Shown: positions 62,317 through 64,000 of the stretch, piece after piece
How the letters are laid out: each line of letters opens with the position of its first letter
Position numbering within the stretch: the stretch's first letter is position 1
DNA from: Lama glama
Lineage: Eukaryota
Reading direction: 5' to 3'
Length of the DNA stretch: 64,000 nt
Assembly: GCA_028534125.1 (NCBI GenBank)
Contig: CM052816.1
Span: 78,556,001-78,620,000, forward strand
Position numbers and translations under genes: made by a program
Notes under the pieces: model-generated
Databases searched by the model: none
What the model was told of the DNA's origin: nothing
Seen by the model: the letters and a program-made list of their open reading frames with translations, nothing else

Positions 62317-62599
62317 AGGAGTGAAAAGGGAAATATGGAACCATGGAACAAGGAAAAGAGGGAAGAGACTAGGAATCCACCAGGGTGGGCACTAAAATGG
62401 GTTTGATCATGAAAGGCCGGGGTGGGGAGAGAAGTGTTTCAGCCCCCACCTCTCTGCTGAAGACGTCCAAACCGAACTACCCAGCTATGACCTTTCTCTC
62501 AGGCTCCAGTGCCACATGCCAGAGCCTACTGGACACAGGCCACCTGATGACCTGCCAACATCTTCAACAAACACAGGAAAACTCAGACTGAACTCTTCT

Positions 62600-63330
62600 C
62601 TAATTTCCATTATTGCCATCATCAAACCTCCAGGAATTTTTGATTCTTTCCCTCTTTATCACTAAGGCCCTTTGCCCTTGCATTGTTGTATCTGTTGCAT
62701 CCATTCCCTTTCCCAAGACTGACTGCTATCGCATCACCTCCAGTCATTATTATCTGGACCATTGAAAACATCTCCCAACAGATCACCCTAGGTTCTTCTT
62801 CCAAGCTACCTATACACACTACTCTCAGATTAACCTTTCTAAACACTGCTTCCATCATGAATGTACCTCTGCTATAAAACTTTCCATGGCTCCCTGCTAT
62901 CAATAAGAAAGATCATAACTATATAACCTAGCATTCAAGGCTTTCTACAGTGTGGCCCCTTCAAATCTGATAGCCCACTCCTGCCCTAAACATTCTGGGA
63001 AAAAATGGAAAATGAATGAATGAACACCCCTTCCCTCTCCTCCATTTCATAAGATGATCATCTTATTTATGACCACCCTGTAATATGCCATGTATATGCT
63101 CATGTGCCCAACATTCCCCCCTCTGCCTGTCTATATCCAATCCTTCTTCTAGCTCCAGCATCAATCCTGCCTCCTCCATTCCTACCTTTCCTGATGACTG
63201 AAAATATCTTACTTCCCTCAACAGCAATTACTATCTCTCATACCCCATGTAGCACTTAGGTGCAATGCTGTTTTATATTTTTCACTGTTCCTGTGTGTTG
63301 TCTTTCTCCATAACTACATGAGTGGGTGCG
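62600..63330 (+). mobile_element. L2 LINE fragment
   Basis: ctttccatggctccctgct ... cctagcattcaaggc ... ctgcctgtctatatccaatccttc. Confidence 0.7.
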
Positions 63331-63399
63331 CCTTACTCCCCAAACTTCACGACGGCGGATTTCACGCATTTTACTTCTTTGCAATCCCATGACACACAA

Positions 63400-63640
63400 T
63401 AATAACAATCACCAAAAACATTCATGGAGGGTTTACCATGTGCCAGGCACTGTTTTCTAGCATTATCTCACTGAATTCAAACAACAATCCAATAAAGTAG
63501 GTACTATTACTATCCACACTTTTTAGATGAAAAGATTGAGGTTAGAAAGGTTATGTAACTGGCCCAAAATAACATAACTAGTAAGCGGCCAAGCTAGGAC
63601 TCAAACACAGGTCTTTGTGACTCAGAAGTCCCTGCTACTG
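63400..63640 (-). mobile_element. MIR SINE
   Basis: ttaccatgtgccaggcactgtt ... tttagatgaaaagattgaggttagaaaggttatgtaact. Confidence 0.88.
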
Positions 63641-63715
63641 GTACCTTTCACAGAGTAAGTGATGAGCACATGTGTATGAATTAAGGCTATGCCTGCTACC
63701 AAAACAGTTAGAGTG

Positions 63716-63870
63716 TGTGGCAGGCAGAAAAATGGCCCCCAAACGTATCCATGTCCAGGTCCTCAGAGCCTGTGAATGTTACATTACATGGCAAAGGGGA
63801 CTTGTATCAGATTTCTAACATACAGAACTGTTAGGTGATGAATTTGGTTGTTTTAAGCCACCAAATTTGC
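63716..63870 (+). mobile_element. Internally deleted MLT1C/D-like LTR
   Basis: The 5' end tgtggcaggcagaaaaatggccccc is joined to the 3' end cagaactgtt ... gttttaagccaccaaatttg. Confidence 0.75.
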
Positions 63871-64000
63871 CACAGAACCCAAATATCTGCCTTCTACATC
63901 CATGAAAATCCTTCAGAAGCAGGCACTGTACCACTCCCAGCATCAGCTGTTTCCTGACCTGACCCCTTCCCATCCCGTCCGTGCACTATTCTGAAAATGG

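Noticed and set aside
1..64000. CRISPR array, operon or other prokaryote-type system
   Set aside because: The sequence is mammalian and repeat-rich, with no regularly spaced direct repeats and no dense coding.

Overview
Mammalian genomic DNA, most likely camelid (alpaca, llama or camel). The assignment rests on a tRNA-derived Vic-1-type SINE at 19477-19569 and young cetartiodactyl-type L1s. The window is intronic or intergenic and repeat-rich: L1, L2, MIR, MaLR (MLT1) and ERV-L LTRs, hAT-family MERs and microsatellites, with one 500-N assembly gap at 35145-35644. I cannot recognise a protein-coding gene. The ORFs with recognisable homology are retroelement relics (L1 ORF1/ORF2, ERV-L integrase and dUTPase), and the rest look like chance ORFs. 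There are no rRNA genes, tRNA genes or CRISPR arrays. The left half is AT-rich and L1/LTR-rich; the right half is visibly more GC-rich, MIR/L2-rich and carries same-orientation CTCF-like motifs. The best sequence-supported observations are: (1) a 118-bp inverted copy (115/118 identical) of nearby DNA inserted into an ancient ERV-L integrase relic, with a 24-bp perfect palindrome at the junction and a consensus splice donor inside; (2) a 5'-inverted (twin-primed) L1 whose remainder probably fills the gap, so the gap is probably several kb; (3) a TSD-flanked, polyadenylated mosaic retrocopy. I see no firm evidence for a new multi-gene system. The most system-like idea, an LTR-driven spliced transcript with a self-masking dsRNA stem, is a hypothesis only. 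Repeat family names come from recalled consensus similarity, and boundaries are approximate unless TSDs are given.
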